Origin: Azolla caroliniana
Lineage: Eukaryota > Plantae > Polypodiophyta
Direction: 5' to 3'
Length of the DNA stretch: 64,000 bases
NCBI GenBank assembly: GCA_043228905.1
Contig: JBHGNT010000003.1
Coordinates: 15,252,001-15,316,000, forward strand
Positions 24,987 through 36,742 of the stretch are shown in pieces (positions within the stretch are counted from its first letter, which is position 1; every line of letters starts with the position of its first letter). The position numbers and the translations under genes are program-made. The notes beneath the pieces are model-generated. The model saw only the letters and a program-made list of their open reading frames with translations. It had not been told where the DNA came from and searched no databases.

Positions 24987-25416
24987 AGTATAGGGGAAAG
25001 GGTAGGAGGATGAGGGAGAGTGACAAGTAGGCTAGAGGGAAAAATTGGTTCAAACTGTCAGGAATAGTACTAAAACAGAGATGGAATTAGTACTAAGAAG
25101 AGTAGTACTATTAGTACTAAGAGGACGGGACTGCGTAAGATTCCCGAGAGAGAGAGAGGAAGTGAGAAGAGGAGAGAGAGAGGGAAATAGGATGATGACA
25201 GCAGCTCTTATATTATATGAAAAGATAAGTACAAATCGACTAAGAGGCTTAAGACTGGTGTTGAACCAATTTGGTTCAACATAATGCTTAATGCCTTCTT
25301 TTATAGTGTTCTCAGGAATAATCCTGAAGCTTCTAGAATGTTCCAGAGAAATCTGGAATATACATTACTTTCTTATAATAAAACATAAATGAAAATAATA
25401 TTCTATGAATTACAAT

Positions 25417-25482
25417 AGATGGTGAGATGGTTAAGAGCTCGACCCATATACCATAAGGTCATGGGTTCGAGTCTTGCCATCT
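25417..25482 (+). promoter_or_regulatory. tRNA-like Pol III A/B-box cassette at the U3 tip of the chromovirus LTR, antisense to the element (also 20176-20241)
   Basis: GATGGTTAAGAGC resembles a D-loop/A box and GGGTTCGAGTC a B box, with tRNA-like spacing. Confidence 0.6.
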
Positions 25483-28400
25483 CATGACATGCGCATTCAT
25501 TGTCCACCGAGGATGGTGGCCCGTATTTGCGTAAAATGGGGAATAACCCGTAGAAGAATGGACCGAGTTGTTGTAAGCGAATTCAGCCAAGTGCAGAAAA
25601 TCAACCCAATCATCTTGTTGGTAGTTGATGAAACAACGACGATATTGCTCCAATGTCTAGTTGGTACGCTCAGTTTGGCTATTAGTCTCAGGATGATAGC
25701 CCGAACAAAGCTGAGCCGAAATTCGGAGAAGTTTGAGTATATGCTTCCAAAACTTTGAAATAAATTGTGGACCCCGATCACTAATAATATCTTCCGGAAG
25801 ACCATGGTGCTTAAATAGCTCCCGCATAACTAGATCGACCACCTCTTGATTAGTAATAGACTTCGTACATGGCACGAAATGTGCCATTTTGGTAAGTCGA
25901 TCAACCACTGTGAGAATTGCATCATAACCTTTTGAAACTGGGAGATCGGTAATAAAATCCAAGGATATAGACTTCCAAGGATTTTTCAGAATGGGAAGTG
26001 GTTGTAGTAAGCCATAGGATCGGTTTTGAGGACTCTTCGATCGACAACAGGTATCACAACTACAAACATACTCCTCAACAAAATGACGAAGGCGAGGCCA
26101 CCAATATTGTCGAGAAACTAATTCTAGAGTTTTGCGAAATCCAAAATGTCCAGCCATTGGTGAGTCATGGCAATGTTTTAGAACTTGTGGTCGTGGGGGA
26201 CCATCAGGAACATACAATAGGTTTTGTCAAAATAGAAAACCACCATGCCAATAGAACAAACGATAGTCTTGCTGAAGGTTTTTCGACTGCAAACTAGAAG
26301 CACGATCTGGGACAATATGATCCAAAACCTCCTTGGCAAATTCATCAGTGACCATATGATCTCGAATGGAATCAAGAAGAGTGGAATCTTCAAGTGTTGT
26401 TATGGCATTAACTACCATTAATCGTAGGCAATTAGGACCCAAAAGGATTTGTTTTTGATGCTCAAATACAGGTTCCCCTGGACGAAGTTCCATATAAGGT
26501 TTACCTTGCTGCATCCGAAGGAATTATATGATTACAAAGTCAAAGTGAGTCAAAAATTGCGCCCACCGGGCTTGTTGCCGACTCAAGAATCGAGCATTTT
26601 GGAAATATGTCAAGTTCTTATGATCATTGTAGAGAATGATCTACTGAGAAGGGCCTTCTAGAAAATGTCGCCATTGTAGAAAAGAGTCCATGATTGCAAG
26701 AAGTTCTTTGTCATGGATCTCGTAGTTTATCTCTACAGTTTCAAACTTTCGGGAATGAAAGGCAACAGAGATTATGTTTGCCAAATTGCGAAGAACTATA
26801 CGAATTGGCTCGGACTCCTCGACTATATCACCTAATGCTATGGGACGGCCATCAATGACTCCTACGGCTACTAGGTTCGGGAGCTTATTCAAGAGGATGT
26901 TTTGTGACAATGCAAAGTCACGATCCATGAAACAAGAGTTAGCTTCAGAATCTAGGATGGCAGAGGCTAGGACTCGATAACACGTAGATGTGGCAAGCTC
27001 AACTTGCGCAGAAAAAACTCTACTCACTTGACTTGATAAAATGGAACCACGACTAGGGACTAACTCGGTTCCTGCACCGCCATATCCTCAATTCCTTCCT
27101 CGTTCCCCCGGATCCACTACCCCTTTCAAGCCCTTGGGGAGTACGGTGAGTCATCCCCGAGGCAGGTCGCATATCATAATATAATCCACTCCCCTCTCAG
27201 TTTTCTAATTATGTTCTTTAATCTCGTTTTTTTATTTTTAGTTTTAATCCTAAAGTTAATCTCCTATCCCCACTCCTGCCATCCTCCTCTATACCAAGCA
27301 CTTTCACGATTCAGGTACGCTCTGTCATAACATGTAGATGTGGTAAGCTCAACTTGCGCATAAAAAACTCTTCTCACTTGACTTGATAAAATGGAACCAC
27401 GACTAGGGACTAACGCTACATATCTAGGATGGTCCAACCAAATGGCTCCTATTTTGGCCGGACTTACTCGTTTAACACATCATCTAATTGACTCAAGACG
27501 TCGAATCTATTCTTATGGCATGGTCTATTAGGCTTATTGACATTATTAGAATTAACAATGGAGCTGAAGTAGGATTATCACGTGCACTTACTTCGTATAC
27601 TTGACGTCTAGGTTTATGTGGACAATCCACGGCGATATGTCCTAGACCACCGCAATATAGACATAGGCGGTGTGCCCAACTTCGTTGTTTTTCAGCATTG
27701 GATAAAAGCCCTAGATGTTGTGTTGTCGCTATTTCCATCAGAGTTGGTCCATCCCTTGTAACGGGTCTGGAAACTTGTGGGGGTGTTGCGACTACGAAAG
27801 CATGCGTTTGTTCTGGTTGGCGGTGTAACATTTGTTGGCACTCAGAACGTTGCTCACAACTCGGCTAATAACCTCTGTTAGAGACCTCGGATCGTCATGG
27901 AAAGTAAGTAGAAGATCTTTGATGTCATTACGCAAACCTTGATAGAATTGATCCATTAAAGCCAAGTCATCCCAAGGGATATCACATGCCAAGGGGACGA
28001 AAATCAGCTGCATACACTAATGCGGGATGATCTCCTTGCCGAAGTCTTCAAATCTTGTTTATCACCGTTCTAGTGTTGTTGGTGTCTCCAAAACTAGCCC
28101 GAAACTCCTTACCAAATGCCTCAAAATCGTCTAACAATGGTGATTTCTTCTGAAGAAGCGGTGCAAACCATGCTAATGTTGTACCACATAACAAGGTTCG
28201 CACTAATCCCACACGAGCCGTGTCAGTTGGGTACCGATTGGGATGTAATTGAATAAGCAAACGAACTTGATTCAAAAAACCTCGAAATAAAGACCTCGTA
28301 CCATCAAATTTGGCAAGGAGACTAATCTTTGGTTCTCGAGGGGAGTTTTGAGCCCCCGATGCTTGTTCCCGTAATCACAATAGAGTAGCCTCGTTTTCGA

Positions 28401-29862
28401 CATTCAGGTCCATGCTCCGAACGAGTTGTACGATCGATACTTCCAACACGACGATGTTATTGTAGTATAGTGGTGAGTATTCCCGCCAGTCACGCAGGTG
28501 ATCCGGGTTCGATCGCCAACAACGGCGCGAAGGGCAGGGCATATACGATGTCATCTCCTACGGCATTGTCGCCTAGGATCCCGCACCGCTATATACTCAA
28601 TGCTTTCTTCGTTGCAAACCTTGTACTGCCGACGAAGCCGGGCCTCGTTTTCAACATTTAGGTCCATACTCCGAACGAGTTATACGATAAAAACATTCAA
28701 CACGACGATGTCGTTGTAGTATAGTTGTGAGAATTTCCGCCTATCACGCGGGTGGGCCGTGTTCGATCCTCGGCAACGGCGCGAAGGGTGGGGTAAATGA
28801 GATGTCATCTCCTAGGGGATTGCTGTGTTGGATCTCGGACCGCCATATCCTCAATGCTTTCCTCGTTCTCCTGAACCCTCTACCCTTTCCAGCCCATAAG
28901 GATTACAATCGGTCATCCAGGAAGAAGGGCGCAGGTCATTGTATGATCTCTCTCGTCCGACTGCACTCCTGGGTATTGTCCCCATAAGCGGACGAATTTC
29001 AATGCAACCCGTGTATTGGCGACGAAGCCAGGCGTCATTTTCAACATTCGGGTCCATGGGACAAATGAGTTGCAGGAGTTGTAGTATAGTGGTGAGTATT
29101 CCCGCCAGTCACACAGGTGATCCATGTTCGATCCCTGGCAACGGCGGGAAGGGCGGGGCATATCCGATGTCATCTACTAGGGCATTGCCGCATAGGATCC
29201 CGCACCCCCATATCGTAAATGCTTTCCTCTATTCCCCGAATCCTCTAAACCCCCATTTCGAGCCCTTTGCGGGGTATAGTCGGTTCTCCGCGAGGCAGGG
29301 AACATGTCAACATATGATCTCTCTCGTCCGACTGCACTTCTGGGTATTGCTGCCCACAAGCGGATGAATGACGTTGCAAACCTTGTACTGTCGATGAAGT
29401 CGGGCCTCGTTTTCAACATTCGGGTCCATTCTCCGAATGAGTTATACGATCGAAACTGCGAACACGAGGATGTCATTATAGTAGAGTCGTGAGTATTCTC
29501 GCCTGTCACGCAGGTGACTTAGGTTCGATCCCCAGCAACGGCAAGAACAGCTGTGCGAATCCAACGTCATCTCCTAGGGCATTGCCGCCTCATATCCCAC
29601 ACCGCCATATCCTCAATGCTTTCCTTGTTCTCCCGAATCCTCTACCCCTTTCCAGCCCATGGGGGGTACAGACGATCAACCGGGAGGAAGGGCGCATGTC
29701 ATCGTATGATCTCTCTCGTGCGACTACACTCACCGGTATTGTCCCCAGAAACGGACGAATTTCATTCCAAACCGTGTACTGGCGATGAAGATGTGTCTCT
29801 TTTTAAACATTCGGGTCCATGCTCCGAACGAGTTATACCATCGATACTTCCAACACGACGAT

Positions 29863-29934
29863 GTCGTTGTAGTATAGTGGTGAGTATTCCCGCCTGTCAC
29901 GCGGGTGACCCGGGTTCGATCCCCGGGAACGGCG
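29863..29934 (+). tRNA. trnD-GUC: tRNA-Asp(GUC), best-preserved copy (possibly a pseudogene)
   Basis: 72 nt with intact A and B boxes and anticodon arm CCCGC-CTGTCAC-GCGGG. It differs from the array consensus only by C66>G, giving a G7:G66 mismatch. Confidence 0.8.
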
Positions 29935-32391
29935 CGAAGGACAAGGAGAATCCGATGTCATCTCCTAGGGCATTGCCACGTCAGATCCCGCACCGCCATA
30001 TCCTAAATGCTTTCCTCGTTCTCCCGAAACCTCTACCCTTTCCAGCCCATGGGGGATACAATCGGTTGTCCGGGAGGAAGGGCGCATGTCATCGTATGAT
30101 CTCTCTCGTCCGACTACACTCGTAGGTATTGTCCCCATAAGCGGATGAATTTCATTGCAACCCGTGTACTGGCGGCGAAGCCGGGCTTCATTTTTAACAT
30201 TCAGGTCCATCCTCCAAACGAGTTGTACAATTAATACTTCCAACACTACAATGTCGTTGTAGTATAGTCATGAGTATTCCCGAATATCAAACAGGTGACC
30301 CAGGTTCGATCCCCAGTAAAGACGCAATGGGCGGGGCGTATACGTTGTCCTTTCCTACGGCATTGTCGGCTAGGATCCCGCACTGCCATAACCTCAATGC
30401 TTTCCTCGTTTCTCCGAATCCTCTACCCATTTCGAGCCCTTAGGGGGTAAAGTCGGTTGTCCGGGAGGAAGGGTGCATGTCATCGTATGATCTCTCTCGT
30501 CCGACTGCACTCGTGGGTATTGTCCCCATAAGCGTACGAATTTCATTGCAAACGAGTTGTACGATTAATAATTCCAACACTACGATGTCGTTGTAGTATA
30601 GTCGTGAGTATTCCCACATATCACACAAGTGACCCAAGTTCGATCCCCGGCAACAGCGGCGCGAAGGGCGGGGCGTATCCGATGTCATCTCCTAGGGCAT
30701 TGCCACCTAGGATCCCGCACCGCCAGATCGTCAATGCTTTCCTCGATTCCCTGAATCCTCTACCCATTTCTAGCCCTTTGCGGGGTATAGTCGGTTGTCC
30801 GCAAGGCAGGGCACATGTCAACATATGATCTCTCTCATTCGGGTTTGATCCCCGGCAACAACGCGAAGGGCGGGGCAAATCCGATGTCATCTCCTAGGGC
30901 ATTGCCGCCTAGGATGCCGCACCACCATATCCTCAATGTTTTCCTCGTTCCCCCGAATCCTGTACCCCTTTCGAGCCCTTGGGGGTTACAATCGTTCATC
31001 CGGGCACATGTCATCGTGAAATCTCTCGTTGAACTGCACTACTGGATATTGTCGCCCATAAGCAGACGAATTTCTTTCCAAGCCCTGTATTGCAGACGAA
31101 GCCGGTCCTTGTTTTCGACATTCGGGTCCATGCTCCGAACGAGTTTTACAATCGATACTTCCAACACGAGGATGTGGTTGTAGTAGTGGGTAGTATTCTC
31201 GCTTGTCACGTGGTCGACAGGGGTTCGATTCCTATGAATGGCGGGATGAATCCGATATAATCTCCTAGGGAACTGCCACCTAGGATACCGCACCACCATA
31301 TCCTACATGGTCATTATAAAACCTCTCGTCCGACTGCACTCTTGGGTATTGCCGCCGATAAGCAGACGAATTTCGTTGCAACCCCTGTACTACCAACGAC
31401 GTCGAGCCTCGTTTTCGACATTCGAGTCCATGCTCCGAACGAGTTGTACGATCGATACTTCCCACAAAACGATGTCGTTGTAGTATAGTGGTGAGTATTC
31501 CCGCCTGTCACACGGGTGACATGGCTTTGATGCCCGGCAACGGCCTGAAGGGTGGGGCGAATCCGATGTCAACTCCTAGCGCATTACCGCCTAGCCTCCG
31601 GCACCGACATATCCTCAATACTTTCCTCATTCCCCTGAATCCTGTACCCCTTTCGAGCCCTTGGGGGGTCCAATCCGTCGTCCGTGAGGCAAGGTGTATG
31701 TCATCATAAAATCTCTCGACCGACTCTACTATAAGGTATTGTCGCCCATAAGCAGACGAATTTCGTTGCAACTCCTTTACTGCCGACGAAGACGGGCCTC
31801 TTTTTGACATTCGGGTACATGGTCCGACCGAGTTGTACGATCGATACTTCCCACACAATGATGTCCTTGTAGTATAGTGGTGAGTATTCCTGCCTGTCAA
31901 ACGGCAGGTCGCATATCCTCAAATAATCTCTCGTTCGACTGCACTACTGGGTATTGTCGCCCATAAGCAGACGAATTTCGTTGCAACCCTTGGACTGCCG
32001 ACGAAGACGGGCTTCATTTTTGACATTCGGGTCCATATTCCGAACGAGTTGTACGATCGATACTTCAAAACAAGAGGATGTCGTTGTAATATAGTGGTGC
32101 GTATTCTCGCCGGTCACGCGGGTGACACGGGTTCCATCCCGGGTAACGGCACAAAGGGCGGGGCAAATCCGATGGCATCTCCTACGACATTGCCGCCTAG
32201 GTTCCCGCACCGCAATATCCTCAATGCTTTCCTCTACCCCTTTCGAGTAGTTGGGGGGTACAGTCGGTAGGGCGCATATCGTCATATGATATCTTGTTGG
32301 ACTACACTCCTGGGTATTGCAGACAAATTTTGTTTCTACCTATGGATTGGAAACAAAACCGGGCCTCGTATTAGACAGTCGGGTCGATCAA

Positions 32392-32565
32392 TGTTAATCC
32401 TAGGGCCGGACAACAGCCTAACATAGGTTGTCCACTTAAGACACTTCACCAAAGGGTGTTACGACAGGATGACTTACGACACAACGTTTAATTAAACCTG
32501 AATCCATTACTTAGCAACACATCATGAATACGCGTAAGATATAACAATGAGTACAGAACGGTAAT
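32392..32565 (-). mobile_element. Partial copy of the LTR-like sequence that begins at 33702
   Basis: TGTTAATCCTAGGGCCGGACAACAGCC... is duplicated together with the flanking satellite. Confidence 0.65.
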
Positions 32566-33701
32566 CGATTCCTGTGAATGGCGGAATGAATCCGATATCA
32601 TCTCCTAGGGCGTTGCCGCTTAGGATAACGCACCACCATATCCTACATGGTTTGCTCATACCGCCGATAAGCGGACGAATTTCGTTGCAACCCCTGTACT
32701 GCCGACGAAGTCGAGCCTCGTTTTCGACATTCGGGTCCATGCTCCGAACGAGTTGTATGATCGATACTTCCCACACAACGATGTCGTTGTAGTATAGTGG
32801 TGAGTATTCCTGCCTGTCACACGGGTGACCTGGCGTTGATGCCCGGCAATGGCCTGAAGGGTGGGGCGAATCCGATTGGAACTCCTAGGGCATTACCGCC
32901 TAGCCTCCGGCACCGACATATCCTCAATACTTTCCTCATTCCCCTGAATCCTGTACCCCTTTCAAGCCCTTGGGGGGTACAATCCGTCGTCCGTGAGGCA
33001 AGGTGCATGTCATCATAAAATCTCTCGTCCGACTCTATTATAAGGTATTGTCGCCCATAAGCAGACGAATTTCGTTGCAACTCCTGTACTGCCGACGAAG
33101 ACGGGCCTCTTTTTGACATTCGGGTACATGGTCCGACCGAGTTGTACGATCGATACTTCCCACACAATGATGTCCTTGTAGTATAGTGGTGAGTATTCTT
33201 GCCTATCACATGGCAGGTCGCATATCCTCAAATAATCTCTCATTCGATTGCACTACTGGGTATTGTTGCCCATAAGCAGACGAATTTCGTTGCAACCCTT
33301 GGACTGTCGCCGAAGACGGGCTTCATTTTTGACATTCGGGTCCATATTCCGAACGAGTTGTACGATCGATACTTCAAAACAAGAGGATGTCGTTGTAATA
33401 TAGTGGTGCGTATTCTCGCCGGTCACGTGGGTGACATGGGTTCGATCCCCGGTAACGGCACAAAGGGCGGGGTGAATCCGATGTCATCTCCTACGGCATT
33501 GCCGCCTAGGTTTCCGCACCGCAATATCCTCAATGGTTTCCTCTACCCCTTTCGAGCAGTTGGGGGGTACAGTCGGCAGGGCGCATATCGTCATATGATA
33601 TCTCGTCGGACTACACTCATGGGTATTGCGGACAAATTTTGTTTCTACCCCCTGTATTGGAAACAAAACTGGGCCTCGTATTCGATAGTCCGGTTGATCA
33701 A

Positions 33702-34090
33702 TGTTAATCCTAGGGCCGGACAACAGCCTAACACAGGTTGTCCACTTAAGACACTTCACCAAAGGATGTTAGGGCAGGATGACTTACGACACAACGTTTA
33801 ATTAGACCTGAATCGATTACTTAGCAACACATCATTAACACGCGTAAGATATAACAAAGAGTATAGAACAGTAATCAATACTGAAAGATTAAGGCAATAA
33901 GTTCTATTAATTATCCGGTGTTGATTACATTGTAACCGGGCCTTTATATAGGTCTCCGGTGCGAAGTACAAAACGGTGCCAACCGGCAGCTTTTCGGGAT
34001 CGGTCCGGATCCGGATCGGCATACCGATTCCGGTCCGTCTGTCCACATTTTCTCATATATTAATATATATTAAGACTACTAATTACAACA
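33702..34090 (-). mobile_element. Probable LTR of an unclassified element
   Basis: Abrupt junction with the satellite at TGTT, candidate other end ACAACA at 34090, TATATAAA on the - strand near 33943-33950. The right boundary is uncertain. Confidence 0.5.
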
Positions 34091-34239
34091 GTTCCCGAAT
34101 AAACTATTCCTTTCACACTCTGGTCTGGACCTTCTTAAGCCTTCTTGCCGGCCGGGTAACACATGGCACGCCCGTGGGAGAGTGCCTTGAACGTCGATCC
34201 CACATGCCTTGATGATGATATTTCTTCAACCGGAACTTC

Positions 34240-36701
34240 CATCGGTCCTTTCAACGATCGACTCCCTCGATCGGAGTGCTAGACTCGAACATATTTGTTG
34301 GTCAGCAAATCTTTCTGCGACATGAACATTCTCGTTCTGTCGGCTTACGAACTTCGTCATGGTTCCAAAATCATGTTGTGTATATGTATGTTCTTCCTTT
34401 GTTTTGAGTGTGTGAGTAGTCTTGGGGATTTTCAAAATTTTGGTGGTGCCTTTTTTTTAAAACAAAATTCATATGTACCCTCGAGTTTTGAAAATTTCAT
34501 TCAGTACCCCCATGTTTCTGAAATTTTAGGTTGCTACCCTCAACATTTTAAAATTTCTTCGCATGCCCCTTTCTCCTCTTTTTCCCTCTCATTTTTTTTT
34601 TTTTTAGTGTTTGTTTTCTTACGTTTTCTCCTGCGTGTTGTCTGCATCTTCTTCCTCCTTCTTGGTGTTAACCGTTGCTTCTTCTCTTCTTCCTGTCTTT
34701 CTTTTCCTCCTCTCTCTTTCTTCTTCTATCTCTGTTTCTTCCACTTCGTGTCTGTCTGTTCATGCCTTTCTCTTCTTCCATGACATCTTCTTTTTCTTCC
34801 TTCTTTGTTCTTCTTCTTCCTTGCATTTCTCTTCTCTCTTCTTCTTATTTTCTGTATGTCTGCCTCTTTCTTCTCTGCGTTCTCTTTGTTTTGGTTGTCA
34901 TGGTTGGTCGTCTGTCTAGCCCGTTTGGCCACTCCGGCCACTGTTCGGCTATTACGGCCGCTTCGGCCGCTCCTCGGCCACTCCTCGGCCACTCTTTGGC
35001 CGCTCGTCCGTCTCCATCTCCCGCCGTTTCGACCGGTTTCCAGCCCTTCTGGCCGCTCTTTCCGCTGTCTGGCCCGTTTGGCCATGTCTGTCAGGTCCAT
35101 CTCTAGATGTCTCTGTCACCGACCTTGTCAGCCCTATTCGGCCGTCCGTTTTGGCCGAGGTCAGTCGCTTTTCGGCATTAATGTCGTTGTTTCAGCCGTC
35201 TTTATCCAGCGTGTCTCTGATCGGTTGTACGGTGACTCCGTCATCGTTCCGACCGCCATCATTTGTTTGGCGACCGATGCGGCTTCATCCGACCCTTGTC
35301 TGACCCTCCGGCCGCTCCGGGTGCTACAGCCACTGTCCGACTATTCCAACAGTTCCGACTGTTGCCCGGCTGCTCTTCAGCCGTTGTTCGGCCATTCTGG
35401 CCGCTCTTTAGCCGTTATCCGGCCATTCCGACTACTCTCTGGTCGCTCCGCTCCGGCTGCTGTTGGTTGGTGGTAACCATTCCTGACGCCTTTCTCGTCG
35501 TCGCCAGCCCTGTCCGGCCGGCCTTGAGTCGCATGGCCGCTCTGTTTAGTCGTCATTATTCGAGCGTTCTTCTGGCCTACGTTTTGGCCGCGGTTCGGTT
35601 GTGTCTAACCGTTCTGTTCTTGGCTGTTGTCCATTAGTCGGTCGTGCTGGCTGTCAGTCTCTGACGATATCTTTCCAGTCCTTCGTTCATTCTTCCGTCC
35701 ATCCGTTCGGCCGTTTCCGATCATCAAGTCGCTCTTCAACGGTCTTTGTCTCTTCGCATATTTGTCGTTGTTGACCTTGTCCCGACTGTCTTCGTTCATC
35801 CATGCTTGGTCGTTGTTGGTCTTCATAGTCACTATCTTTGTTGGCTCTGTCTGGCCGGTCTCTTTCCACTGTTCGACCCTCGGTTTGACCGCCACTTGCC
35901 GGCCTCTCCGGCCTTTTCCGTCTATGCCTTGGCCGCTGTCAAGCTACCACTCCGTTCAGGACTCCATCACCGTCTCTGTTGGTTTCCGTCCATTCGAGTC
36001 CGCGTCTGTGTCTCTTCTCTGTCTTCTATGGTCCTTCGGTGTTAAGCAACTCTGGTTCTTGTTCCGATTCCGGTTCCGACTCTCTCGCCTTGTTTCTTCT
36101 AGAACCATTGCCTGTGCATTCTCGGTACATCTTGCTGGTCTCCGCTCCACACACTGCGACTTTCTCCGCAGTCTCCTGGTGGGCTTCTCTTTCCGGTTGT
36201 GCTGGCACCGGTTCCCTTTGCGTTGCTGTTTGTCCAACCGTGCATCTTGCACCACGCTTTTGAGAACATGCACATTGTCGCAAACCGCTTTCGGAAACAC
36301 GCACATGGACAGTAATCGCAACCTCGCACAAACATTGTTGCCATTCATGCATTCCTCCATAGACTTCTTCCAACATCTTCACCGTCATTTTCGCGTTTCG
36401 CCATTTCTTGCAGTTAGTCGCTATGGCTTGCACATCTGCATATCATTCTTCGACTCCGTCTCCAAAGGGGGGCCGCTTTAGTGGTTGCCAAAAGGTGTTG
36501 TATGTTTTAGGGTTAACATTTATGATGATTGGTGATAAGCATTGAGAGATTGATTATGACATTGATAGTGATGAAGATGGAAATGGTGATGGTGATAAGA
36601 ATCATTGTGGGTGATAGCATGATGTGCATTGAGAAGCATTGCGGGGTGGGGGGTGGTGCCTAGAATGGCTCCACCCCCCTCCCAAGGGGGTTCAACGTAA
36701 G

Positions 36702-36742
<41 letters not shown>

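Larger units (their letters stand above)
19815..25489 (-). mobile_element. Intact Ty3/gypsy chromovirus (Tcn1-like)
   Basis: 434-bp LTRs at 19815-20248 and 25056-25489 with no differences seen by eye. TSD TGCGC at 19810-19814 and 25490-25494, PPT at 20249-20262, empty site at 50068-50072. Confidence 0.97.
19502..28393 (-). mobile_element. Degenerate RT-less Tcn1-like chromovirus (host of the nested element); copy A, 5' truncated
   Basis: gag fragments at 27493-28393. Protease remnant [12 protein letters not shown] is fused directly to RNase H VAFHSRKF (26641-27027). Integrase fragments at 25490-26514 and 19502-19814. Confidence 0.88.
28394..33701 (+). repeat. tRNA-Asp-containing satellite, block 3 (~15 tRNA copies)
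   Basis: tRNA starts at e.g. 28455, 28710, 29472, 29863, 30253, 31474, 32783. Includes a ~1.3-kb local duplication (~31226-32565 and ~32566-33875). Confidence 0.95.

Noticed and set aside
29917-29934. Athila-type tRNA-Asp primer-binding sites on the - strand
   Set aside because: The entire 72-nt tRNA is present without CCA/TGG and without an adjacent LTR, so these are gene copies, not PBSs.
34295-36481. Overlapping hydrophobic Phe/Leu/Ser-rich ORFs resembling membrane or env proteins
   Set aside because: They follow from CT-rich low complexity, occur in several frames, show no motifs, and are not conserved in copy A.
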